Virus record (IMG/VR): IMGVR_UViG_3300024302_000003 | Direction: 5' to 3' (one strand) | Origin: an uncultured virus (IMG/VR IMGVR_UViG_3300024302_000003) | Taxonomy: Duplodnaviria; Heunggongvirae; Uroviricota; Caudoviricetes | Length of the DNA stretch: 64,000 bases | Shown: piece after piece, positions 19,401-27,261 of the stretch | Layout of the letters: every line of letters begins with the position of its first letter | Position numbering within the stretch: position 1 is the first letter of the stretch | Program-made: the position numbers and the translations under genes | The notes under the pieces: generated by a model | What the model was told of the DNA's origin: nothing | Seen by the model: only the letters and a program-made list of their open reading frames with translations | Database searches by the model: none

Positions 19401-22400
19401 GTTTTGTTTTCTCAACTATATTTAACTCGGGATTAAAACAAACCAAACTGTGGTTATCACTAACATTTAAAGTAATGTCGCCAGTAAGTTTTACCTCCCA
19501 TTCTTCGCAGCCTTTATGTTTATGAAATTTAGTAACTTCTTTTAACTCTATCGTACCATCAGGTGCTATAGCAGGAACAGTCATTCCTTTAGGCACAGAG
19601 TATATCTCTTTATTAGCTTTTCTTTCTATGAGATCTCCGTGAGGTATATCTGCAATATTGGTAGTAATACACAGTTTTGTTTTTACAATACTGTCGCCAT
19701 TATCAATATTATACTCGCCAGGGGCACTTAGCCAAATATCGCCTATCATGGAATCCCCATCAAAATCAGCATTAAAGCCATGGATTACTAGGGGGTTAAG
19801 CATGATAGCCTGCCCTGGGACAACTCGACCCCACTGCGACATAAAATTAAACTTATGTAAAGAGGGGTGTCGGTTAACCATTACGGGACGTTCTTTCATT
19901 ACTTCGTCGAGCTGGTGACGCGCTACTGGTGTTCTATCTTTTATGGCCTCCAAAGCTTTAATGGGTGTGTACCCATTTTGCACCATTTTTCTAGTTATGA
20001 ATGGTTTCATGATCTTGAAAGCCATGTCTTCTGGAACGCCTACATGATCTAACGGCAAGTTGGGGTCTACTGTAATAGTAGAACCACCACTTATGTCCTG
20101 TTTTTTCCGCATCATCTTCTGTTGTATTACACCTAACTTACCTCCTGATTTAGGGGCTAGCTGACGTAAGATACCTTTCTCAGATGCACGCTGTTTTAGC
20201 TGGAAAGATACAGGGTCTGTTGTACCAAACACTGCACCTGCGTGCTTGTATAGTTGCTCAATACGTGTACCTACTGTTTCGTCATCGTAAAAATCTAGAG
20301 CTTTTAAATTCTTCAATCCGTCGCTTTCTAATTTTAGAGACTGATAAAGCTCGTTTATAGGTGGATTTTGTACTGTACCAGTTGGCAAAATAGTCATCTG
20401 CCTGAATTTAGGAGGCAGAATAGGGAAAGCGTTTAGTACATACAACTCAGAAGGTTTTTTCCCTAATACTTTAATGTTAGATAAGAAGCGTATTTTTGTA
20501 TTAGTATTATTTAAATCCCCCCATTCTTTATCTAAACCCTGTTGTTTTCCTTGTGCTCTTAATTCTTTTAACTGCTTATCTATATTTATAGCATCAAGCA
20601 TAGTAGCAATAGCCTTCCCTCCAAAAAGAACACCATCTTTAGATATAGTGCCATCCTCCGATACTTTAGTTTTTCCTTTTAGAATCGCATTGAAAACTTT
20701 TGTTGTGATACCCAATGTTTTTGTGATTGCTCTTTCAAAAATCGGATTAGGTATAGGCTCAGCTAAAGAGATGTGTGTCCATTTTGTTCCCGCATCACCT
20801 CCAGTTAGCGCAGGGTCATAAAAACCGCCCACCTCTGGTTTCATATCGCGTGAACGCATAAATTTAGCTTCACGGATCTCTCCGTTGCTCTGCTTAAGAA
20901 TATCTTCTGTGGTAGAAGGCGTGAGTGCTAATGAATCCTTTGTCTTAAAAGTGTTTAAACCTAAAGCTTGCAAAGAAGATAAAAAGTTATCTTGCATAGC
21001 AGGGACTTTTGGATTAGGTAGCGGCATTCCGGAATGCATAGCTCTCCAAAACTCATCGTTTTTTGTACCTTTTATATTCGCCATCTCGGCGAGATTCTTT
21101 CTTGCTCCGCCTGCCAATAAACTATAAAAGGAGAGGCCATCAATAGCCCTAGTTCCATTTGTTTCAGTCTTCTTTGGCTGCTCGTATTGAACATCGTAAT
21201 AACCGGTCTCACCTGCTTTAATCTTCTTTCTTACACTATGCTTGAGTTTATTAAAATAAAGCTGACCAACATGAACATTCGTCATGGTTTTTCCTGTTTC
21301 TGGGTCAGTTACCGTTTCTTCGTCGTGAATCCCTGAACGGGCTTGTTCTTGCTTAGCTATATTTACATGCCCCCTCTCGTCGAACTGCTTTAAAGCGTAT
21401 ATCTTCCCCTCTTTTTTTGCTATTTTACCCAAGGAACTTTCTATCATCTGGGATGGATTCATTCGACTTGGTATGCCATGCGGATTGAAGAGAACTTCTA
21501 AGGGACTCCCATCCGCGCCCACTGGCATCTGGGCATCAGCTACAATCTTAGTGATAATCCCTTTACCGCCATAGCGTGTAGCCATTTTATCCCCCTCTAC
21601 AGCGGGTTCTTCTGTTTTAACAAAAACTTTATTATGTTTATTGTCTTGATAAACCCGTGTAACAACCCCAGGTACATTTTTGTTATAAATAGGGCTTATA
21701 TCGCGAGGAGCTAGTAATTGAGATATTTTTTTATTTAGAGTAGATATAGCGGCTTGTGCTGGTGTTAACTCGCGTTTTTCATAAGCTAATATAAGCGGAA
21801 TACCATATTCAACTATAGTGCCTTCTTTAATTAAACCATTATCATCGTAGTTTGCGAGATTCGTTATTGAAGCCGACCCTGGGAAGAGTGAAACATATGA
21901 ACCTTTTCCTATTACAACATCTTTTCCTTTTTCAACTTCGAATTCTAGTAAATGTAGGGATGTTAGCTTCTTTGCCGCTCCCTCACTGACCACGAACCCA
22001 TCTTCGAAATTATAACCTTTATAGGCTAAGAACCCTGTTTTAAGATTAGTACCTAAAGCCAGTTTCCCGTCTTTAGAAAAAACTGAATCAGCTAAGCGTT
22101 GCCCTTTCTTTACACTATCTCCTGCTTTTACTATTACATTTGTATCCATAAACGATTCAGTATTAAGCGGAAAATCAGAAGGATATTCATGATCTAACAA
22201 AGTCCCGTTAAGACTTTTTAGGACTATCTTGTCTTGCCTCACTGCTTGAATAGTACCTGATTCGATAGCAATAATATTACCTTGCATATCTACGCTAGGG
22301 AAATCTCTACTCCCTTTATTGCTATGCGTCTGCTCATACTGTGTAGTTACTAAAGGCGCCTCTCTATATTTAAGAGGTAATGATTGCGTATATTGTTTAT

Positions 22401-23871
22401 TCCCTACATTAGCTCTTACCCCATAGGTTGAACCGAGCATGGGGATCATATTAGATACTTTACTAAATAGGCTCTCTGGTTTCATAAAATATTTAGCAGT
22501 GGACGCTTTTATCTGCTGAGCAATCCCGTTCTTGAATCCGCTAATACTTCCTTTATTTGCAGGATCACCTATACCAATTACTGTATTGGCAAAAGCATAA
22601 GAGGAGATGGTCGTAGCTTTGTTCGCTCTATCAACTACTTTTATATGAGGAACACCACCTTTTATGGCCGAGCCTACTGTCCTATGAAGCACCACACCGA
22701 TTTTATCGGCTGATTCAGGGGAGGCTAGTGGATCAGCGATGCCATGTAGCGTTGGTTGTAATGTGCGCATATCATCACTTACAGCTCGCGCTTGACTAAT
22801 CCCGCCTGGTCCGAATACGGTTAATGCGTCTTCGCCTGAAATCCAGTCAAGCGGGTTAGTTTGGTCTGTGTACTCTTTTAGAGAGCTACTAGAAAAAAGA
22901 TCATAAATAGGCTTTTCAAATTTACTAGCTGAAAGAATGCTTTTTAAATCTTTTTTACCCCCTCTTCTTCGTACTCTAGTAACAAACTTAGAAGTAGCTG
23001 CAGTGATAGATTCTACTATATTATCTTCTGGTGTTAGATATTCTCTAAAGTAAGAAGCATTAACATCGTCTGGTTTTTGAATACCCGCTGCAGTTTTTCT
23101 TAGCTTAGCAGTTAAAGCCAACCAGAAAGAAGGTGAAACTTTATCATATCCTTTGCCTAACGTAATTTCATTAGAGCCTCCCTCAAAAGAGATACCTGTG
23201 AATTTCTCACGTATATCTTCCGAGGCTTCAACGAAGGATGAATAGGTTTTTCCTGTTAATCGTTTAGCTATTTTTTTAAGCTCACTATTTAAATTATCTG
23301 TATAGTTAACTCTAAAAAGCTTATCTCCCATCGCCGTTTTAAGTTGGCTATCAGAGACATTAAAGGCTTTTATTAGCGCAAATAAACTAAACTTAGAATC
23401 TTTTATTTTAAATAGGAATTTACCTGTCTCTGGTACTAACTCAACAGCTACTCTCTGATCAAACTGTGAATTACCCGCTGCCATATTGAAGGAAGCGCCG
23501 TAAGCGCCTGCTTGATTTTGGGAGACGTAAACACCTGGCTTTCTACGATATTGATTTTTTATGACAATCTCATTTCCATTCCATATATAAGTCCCGCGAT
23601 TTGTTTTTATGGGTAATTTAAAAAGCCGTTTAGTAACCTTCTCTTCTTTATTATTAATAGTATCTTTTAATATAAAACGACCTTTTATAGCGCTCCCATG
23701 GGTTTGTCCTGCTAGACGCGCTTTTAGTTCAGCTTTAAGGGACCTGTCTGGATCATCAATAATTATATTGGTTAGTGTTAGTGTTCTTCCTGTGCCTACT
23801 GGAATACCTTTTATTGAAGAGGTTAAGGCCTTTTCAATTGATGTTTTAAACGTATTAATTCTATCAGTCAT
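16489..23871 (-). CDS. rpoBC: single-chain beta-beta' DNA-directed RNA polymerase precursor containing an intein
   Basis: beta motifs GTYIWNG, SPES, GYNFED, GDKMATRYGGKG, NPHGIPSRMN, KLKH; then beta' motifs NRHPSLH, NADFDGD, SGAKG, RSPLTC-x6-CVKC, TQGLMRVFH in one frame. Confidence 0.95.
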   Translation of the reverse strand: MTDRINTFKTSIEKALTSSIKGIPVGTGRTLTLTNIIIDDPDRSLKAELKARLAGQTHGSAIKGRFILKDTINNKEEKVTKRLFKLPIKTNRGTYIWNGNEIVIKNQYRRKPGVYVSQNQAGAYGASFNMAAGNSQFDQRVAVELVPETGKFLFKIKDSKFSLFALIKAFNVSDSQLKTAMGDKLFRVNYTDNLNSELKKIAKRLTGKTYSSFVEASEDIREKFTGISFEGGSNEITLGKGYDKVSPSFWLALTAKLRKTAAGIQKPDDVNASYFREYLTPEDNIVESITAATSKFVTRVRRRGGKKDLKSILSASKFEKPIYDLFSSSSLKEYTDQTNPLDWISGEDALTVFGPGGISQARAVSDDMRTLQPTLHGIADPLASPESADKIGVVLHRTVGSAIKGGVPHIKVVDRANKATTISSYAFANTVIGIGDPANKGSISGFKNGIAQQIKASTAKYFMKPESLFSKVSNMIPMLGSTYGVRANVGNKQYTQSLPLKYREAPLVTTQYEQTHSNKGSRDFPSVDMQGNIIAIESGTIQAVRQDKIVLKSLNGTLLDHEYPSDFPLNTESFMDTNVIVKAGDSVKKGQRLADSVFSKDGKLALGTNLKTGFLAYKGYNFEDGFVVSEGAAKKLTSLHLLEFEVEKGKDVVIGKGSYVSLFPGSASITNLANYDDNGLIKEGTIVEYGIPLILAYEKRELTPAQAAISTLNKKISQLLAPRDISPIYNKNVPGVVTRVYQDNKHNKVFVKTEEPAVEGDKMATRYGGKGIITKIVADAQMPVGADGSPLEVLFNPHGIPSRMNPSQMIESSLGKIAKKEGKIYALKQFDERGHVNIAKQEQARSGIHDEETVTDPETGKTMTNVHVGQLYFNKLKHSVRKKIKAGETGYYDVQYEQPKKTETNGTRAIDGLSFYSLLAGGARKNLAEMANIKGTKNDEFWRAMHSGMPLPNPKVPAMQDNFLSSLQALGLNTFKTKDSLALTPSTTEDILKQSNGEIREAKFMRSRDMKPEVGGFYDPALTGGDAGTKWTHISLAEPIPNPIFERAITKTLGITTKVFNAILKGKTKVSEDGTISKDGVLFGGKAIATMLDAINIDKQLKELRAQGKQQGLDKEWGDLNNTNTKIRFLSNIKVLGKKPSELYVLNAFPILPPKFRQMTILPTGTVQNPPINELYQSLKLESDGLKNLKALDFYDDETVGTRIEQLYKHAGAVFGTTDPVSFQLKQRASEKGILRQLAPKSGGKLGVIQQKMMRKKQDISGGSTITVDPNLPLDHVGVPEDMAFKIMKPFITRKMVQNGYTPIKALEAIKDRTPVARHQLDEVMKERPVMVNRHPSLHKFNFMSQWGRVVPGQAIMLNPLVIHGFNADFDGDSMIGDIWLSAPGEYNIDNGDSIVKTKLCITTNIADIPHGDLIERKANKEIYSVPKGMTVPAIAPDGTIELKEVTKFHKHKGCEEWEVKLTGDITLNVSDNHSLVCFNPELNIVEKTKPADASFLCVPRLFDIEYANPNKFEGVSNSRSEQERLHLISSLGFFTGSTRNNKKRVGGYTFSNSTFLEGRARLVNEYKEAHFDTQGRFISPFILNWIDSNVYLNDELRLPSFLIGVSKKEREAFVSGLIEASIMLNKDSFAIRETKNKAFLDDIAKLVQSVGVDGTFTSKKIKNCSIYSLEFKQLDVKNFYLKNAHYFSALSRAFLDDSKLLSISLKAHDFIPVPTFVSMLILETTRFRIDSKMKANKLRYAYSLKSYSDWIELGYEPWTRAAFNFFLSHMTDEELEVLPREYMKLVQNKAVRWGLITSSRKTGRTIDMYDITVKDYKNFATDYGYFVWDTMNMHVPVTEGARLEAARKLMPSNSLFGPDRNILPMPSNEAVLGLYILSKKGKSSQKTYTNLSAAEASFLKNEITLNDEVTIQGKKVSLGWAILYKNIPAKYHSIIKGKSLDKGVIQDLIKAIYKESASKAADLLNTLKDLGNKYVYLAGFSISLNDITTPKALDKQVASLVDVYGKDNKYADNLDKGMAKTQKTFKSFFDKNRLYDMKRSGAKGKWSNLTQMLYTPGFMEGVAGQGLQDNSLSTGYAQGMNASDYINTQFAARSGMISKVRGVAKGGELSKDEVHAGMELVITEKDCLTTKGISLSRTDPFIIGRFLVDGSSPIDEVYLKTHKKKMFLVRSPLTCEAVQGICVKCHGLNDQFRLPTIGDHVGAEAAQVTSESITQGLMRVFHSGKGSEEGGPKTLARDANNLFGKIPNSFFNEAPVAESTGFVTKVEKALGGGWDIHVDDRKYHATDIVNPLVKKDQRVERGQALTTGLRHPRKVLEVEGLLGARKYLTNSMRNLYSSNGISLNPIHFEVLSRSLTEHARVIDPGTSLKYEPGDMEKIAVLDKLNKNGALIKYAARLEGANRVPLLRNDFLAQSARREARTAIPEAAIKGSVAKIRSINPINSWLLGDFKDKPGTKGEF
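18382..19752 (-). mobile_element. 457-aa intein with degenerate LAGLIDADG endonuclease, inserted at NADFDGD/T
   Basis: Removing it restores NADFDGD-TMNMHVP; block B SDNH, LAGLIDADG-like AFVSGLIEAS, block F/G MYDITV...NF...FVWD, +1 Thr. Confidence 0.88.
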
Positions 23872-23946
23872 AAATAAAACCTAGTAAAGGTATTCTAGCA
23901 AAAAGTAGTAAAAAGACTAAATCATCTAAATAACGCCGAAAGAGCA

Positions 23947-23954
23947 GGTATAAA
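23947..23954 (+). promoter_or_regulatory. GGTATAAA promoter-like motif upstream of the ncRNA array
   Basis: Same motif precedes several plus-strand islands including the RT; the first unit starts 6 nt downstream. Confidence 0.6.
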
Positions 23955-23959
23955 AAACT

Positions 23960-24638
23960 CGTACTACTTTAGATATGGTTTCCATATCACTAAATTTACC
24001 ATAGTGTAAAAATAAACATAGTTTGCAATAGTAAGGACTATTGAAACTATTAAAGGTTCGCTTCTCTAAAAAATAGAAGGTGTTACACTTTCCGGTAATG
24101 TAAAGGTACTTTGAGCAGACCCAAAAAGGCAAAAACTCAATAAGCCTAATAAGTAGAGAAGAATAATTCATAAAACAGAAAAGGTTTCCTTTTCATAAGA
24201 TAAGCCAGCTTGGATGTAATCAAACACATCAGCAGCCTTGCTCGCCGGCAGCCTCATGTAAGCTAGCGGCGCCAACTTACAGTAGGCTGCCGGCGAGCAA
24301 GGCTGCTGAAGAGGTAAAGTGAATTAAAAAAATGTTAACTTAGTTAAGGGTTCCTTAACAATGTACTGTAATAGCAGTAGAAAAAAATAAACACTCTTAC
24401 AGGCGTCACAGCGATCCGAAATTCCCAGGTAATTCTTACCCTGGAGATTTCGGATCGAGTTTCGCCGGCAGAGGTTTAATAAAGACATTTACTTCATAAA
24501 ACAGAGGTGGTTTCCACCTCAACGTGACCAGTAAGGACACGTGCTCAAACGAAAGCCGGGAATAGGCGGAGCCCGTGTAACTATGCGCTACGCTTATGTC
24601 ACAGGGCCACCGCCTCCCGTTCTTAGATAAAGTGAAGT
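23960..24638 (+). ncRNA. array of five structurally conserved retron msr/msd-like ncRNA units
   Basis: Units 23960-24060, 24061-24161, 24164-24326, 24330-24490 and 24491-24638 share a closing inverted repeat, 5-nt spacer plus AG, covarying 7-bp hairpin and long hairpin; four also share AAAC and TAAAG. Confidence 0.75.
24229..24309. repeat. perfect 26-bp GC-rich inverted repeat (long hairpin of array unit 3)
   Basis: TCAGCAGCCTTGCTCGCCGGCAGCCT (24229-24254) and its exact reverse complement (24284-24309), with inner TGTAAG/CTTACA stem. Confidence 0.95.
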
Positions 24639-24947
24639 TTACTTTCCATATATCCATTCAATAAATTTACTGTTCTCTTTTAAGAGGGCAAAAAAACATT
24701 GGGATAGGGCATACACTGCACGATGAGATAGGTTTAGATCTAAAAAATCATCGATGCAGTGGATTGCTTCATGTAATATAACTATTTTTTTGTGATCATC
24801 CGCAAGGGAGGATTCGACTCTTATCTCTAGTTTTTTAGAATCATACTCCCCCCATGTATTAGGTTCTAAATTATTCTTTTCTTTCGTAGAGCAGACAACG
24901 ATAGGGATATCTACGCCTAAAATTCGTATGCTCTTTATTTTTTTCAT
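24639..24947 (-). CDS. small HExxH metallopeptidase-like protein
   Basis: ILHEAIH; similar to 57340..57660. Confidence 0.6.
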   Translation of the reverse strand: MKKIKSIRILGVDIPIVVCSTKEKNNLEPNTWGEYDSKKLEIRVESSLADDHKKIVILHEAIHCIDDFLDLNLSHRAVYALSQCFFALLKENSKFIEWIYGK

Positions 24948-25681
24948 ATCGTGCCGTAAATCTTATTCCCCTCAATACGGAACGGATAGGGGGTATTAAT
25001 ATGACTCCCTGTATTCATTAATAATAAGGTGCCACCATGCTGCCAGTTACATGTACCTCCTTTATCATATTCTGGATCTAATTCGCAGAGGCAGGGATTC
25101 TCAACGCCTACCATTGTTTGCCCTGTACCATATCGTTTATAAATAACAGCGGATCTATGTATGTGTCCTATTATGCAGGACTTCATAAAGTGATTCATCC
25201 AAGCCGTGGCTGTATATCCAGCGTTTCTAGAACAGCGTCCATCCCCATGGTAAAAAATCATACCATTTAAACAAAACTTATCTTTCTCCCACTTTATCCC
25301 CATCTTCTTAAGCTCTAAAACTTTAGGAAGGCGCAAAATGCCTAACTCCCCAAACTCAGGGGCTCGATCCGTTACATACCTGTCCCAGCGATCTTCATGA
25401 TTTCCTTTTGTATAGATGATATCTGTTTTTGGGAACCTATCTCTTACGTCAGCAAGGAAATCTTTTGTCTGCTCTAACTCATCATTTAAACTAGCTCGGC
25501 GGTGTAGCGATTTACCATAGCGACTTACTGCAAGAAAATCTGCTATATCTCCTAACAAGACTAGTTTATCCAGATTAGAATTTTCTAAATACTCTAAAGC
25601 CATCTTGGTTGCTTTTTTATCTTGGAAGGGGACATGGATATCGCTAAGGACACCGACTCTTAATTCTGGTTTTTTTGACAT
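24944..25681 (-). CDS. metallophosphoesterase
   Basis: SDIH, LGD, GNHE, YHG and GHIH motifs. Confidence 0.88.
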   Translation of the reverse strand: MSKKPELRVGVLSDIHVPFQDKKATKMALEYLENSNLDKLVLLGDIADFLAVSRYGKSLHRRASLNDELEQTKDFLADVRDRFPKTDIIYTKGNHEDRWDRYVTDRAPEFGELGILRLPKVLELKKMGIKWEKDKFCLNGMIFYHGDGRCSRNAGYTATAWMNHFMKSCIIGHIHRSAVIYKRYGTGQTMVGVENPCLCELDPEYDKGGTCNWQHGGTLLLMNTGSHINTPYPFRIEGNKIYGTI

Positions 25682-25726
25682 ATAATTTAGTTATTAAAAA
25701 TGTAACTCTTCAAGGTATAATATTTT

Positions 25727-26086
25727 ATGACACATAAAATTGAAACACCGAAAGTGTATGAAGACCCCAATACCGACTTTCTAATGATTGGTTTTAAAAT
25801 TATTAATAACCCAAATGAAGAGAAACGCATGGTCGGCTTAGGCTTACTACGTAACACAAAAGAAACTATGAATCCTCATTATATGAGCTTAGACTCGATT
25901 AAGCAAGCGCGTCGTTCTACGGTGCGCGCCGCACTAGAATTGAATAGAGCACAGATGCAAATCATTGTGTATCGAGCACAGCAGATTTTAAAACTCTATA
26001 ATGAGTATGAAATATGCTTATTAGACGAGGAAATAGATCCAAATCTAATAGCCATATCCGAGAGCGGCGTAGCTGACTTTAACTAA
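25727..26086 (+). CDS. hypothetical protein
   Basis: ORF with GGTATAAT 5 nt before the ATG. Confidence 0.55.
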   Translation: MTHKIETPKVYEDPNTDFLMIGFKIINNPNEEKRMVGLGLLRNTKETMNPHYMSLDSIKQARRSTVRAALELNRAQMQIIVYRAQQILKLYNEYEICLLDEEIDPNLIAISESGVADFN

Positions 26087-26154
26087 AAAATGAAAGCATA
26101 TTTTCGTTATGATATATCCTAACCTATAATATAAATAGGTTAGGACTTTTTATT

Positions 26155-26544
26155 TTGTTAAATTCAATTGTATCATTAATTCAGGAAACGGCACCAGATG
26201 TCCCCTTGTGGGTTTTTGGTTTAGAAGTGCTCGGTTCTGTGATAGTAACAGTCATGGGTTTATGGCAAGTGACGTCACGGACTGTAAACAAAGCTATTAG
26301 AGAATGTCAGCAGGCTAATAAAGCTACTATAGACAAGTTAACAGAAATAATAGAAGAACTAAGCATTACAGCTAAACGACAAGAGAGGCTTCTTGAGCAA
26401 ATTAAAGAAAGAGAAGATCGTGTTGAAGTAGGGGTAAACAGAATTGTAGGAAGTCGTCCGTGTGCTTTTAATGATATATCCGCAGCGAAAGCTTTAACGG
26501 ATACAATAGCTGAGGATGTTGTATCCAAAATAGACAAAAAATGA
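26155..26544 (+). CDS. single-TM coiled-coil membrane protein (holin-like)
   Basis: N-terminal hydrophobic helix followed by a coiled coil. Confidence 0.4.
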   Translation: MLNSIVSLIQETAPDVPLWVFGLEVLGSVIVTVMGLWQVTSRTVNKAIRECQQANKATIDKLTEIIEELSITAKRQERLLEQIKEREDRVEVGVNRIVGSRPCAFNDISAAKALTDTIAEDVVSKIDKK

Positions 26545-26960
26545 AAAACTTCCTACTTATAACTATATTAGCGTTCACTTCATGTTCCACGCTGCTGAGA
26601 ACTGGTGGAGCGCTCGTTGGAGGAGGTGCAGGCGCTCTTGCGGGTCCTCCTGGAATAGCTGTTGGGGTTGGGGCGGGGATAGCGGCGGTTGACCTCTATC
26701 TTCAGGAGGATGAGATACAAGAGAAGGAAGAGCAAATAAAAGCCTTGACTATGGGTGATATCCATTCGGTAGTGAATACTGCTGAGAAAGGGATCATAGG
26801 ACAGATTTATGATTTAGGTATCTTGGTAATAATAGGCATATCCCTATTCTTCTTGGGTTCTTTCCTATACACGCTTAAACGCCGAAATAAAGGCGAAGCC
26901 TTCTATTCAAGGATTAAAAAGTTAGAAGCTTACATAGATGGAAGCCTAAAAAAGCTTTAA
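26541..26960 (+). CDS. lipoprotein with glycine zipper and C-terminal TM helix
   Basis: Signal MKNFLLITILAFTS-C, GxxxG repeats, second hydrophobic helix. Confidence 0.55.
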   Translation: MKNFLLITILAFTSCSTLLRTGGALVGGGAGALAGPPGIAVGVGAGIAAVDLYLQEDEIQEKEEQIKALTMGDIHSVVNTAEKGIIGQIYDLGILVIIGISLFFLGSFLYTLKRRNKGEAFYSRIKKLEAYIDGSLKKL

Positions 26961-27261
26961 TTCTTTTTTTGACTCTATAGGGAGCATGTATAATGTACCC
27001 ATGTCAACTTTCAAAAATACTGTAAAAGATCTAGGTGTTAAAAACGCCCCCTTCATTACTGGACTTGTTTTAGGATATGTCCTAGGTGTAGTTTTCGGAC
27101 TCCCTTTCTTTGGCTCGTTATAAAATGTTTTGAGTAAAATACTCTTAAAATTATATGATAAAATAGACGGCTGGGTCACTAATAATGGTGACCTGGCTTG
27201 TGTCCTTTTAATAACGTTATATATGGTAGTCCTGAATGCTTAACTCTGTTATACTTAATGG

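Noticed and set aside
16489..23871. Host rpoBC locus (cellular contig)
   Set aside because: No flanking ribosomal protein genes; heavily reduced and divergent; embedded among terminase, portal and tail genes
16553..23884. Many plus-strand ORFs inside the RNAP gene (and similar shadows over other long genes)
   Set aside because: Antisense shadow ORFs with no motifs
23926..24171. 81-aa minus-strand ORF (and 24436..24657) over the array
   Set aside because: No protein motifs; the covarying stems and fixed spacings are better explained as plus-strand RNA structure
23960..24638. CRISPR array or run of intrinsic terminators
   Set aside because: No identical direct repeats (longest noticed is 13 nt, TTCATAAAACAGA) and no cas genes; terminators would not explain the closing arms, AAAC/TAAAG motifs and long hairpins in fixed register
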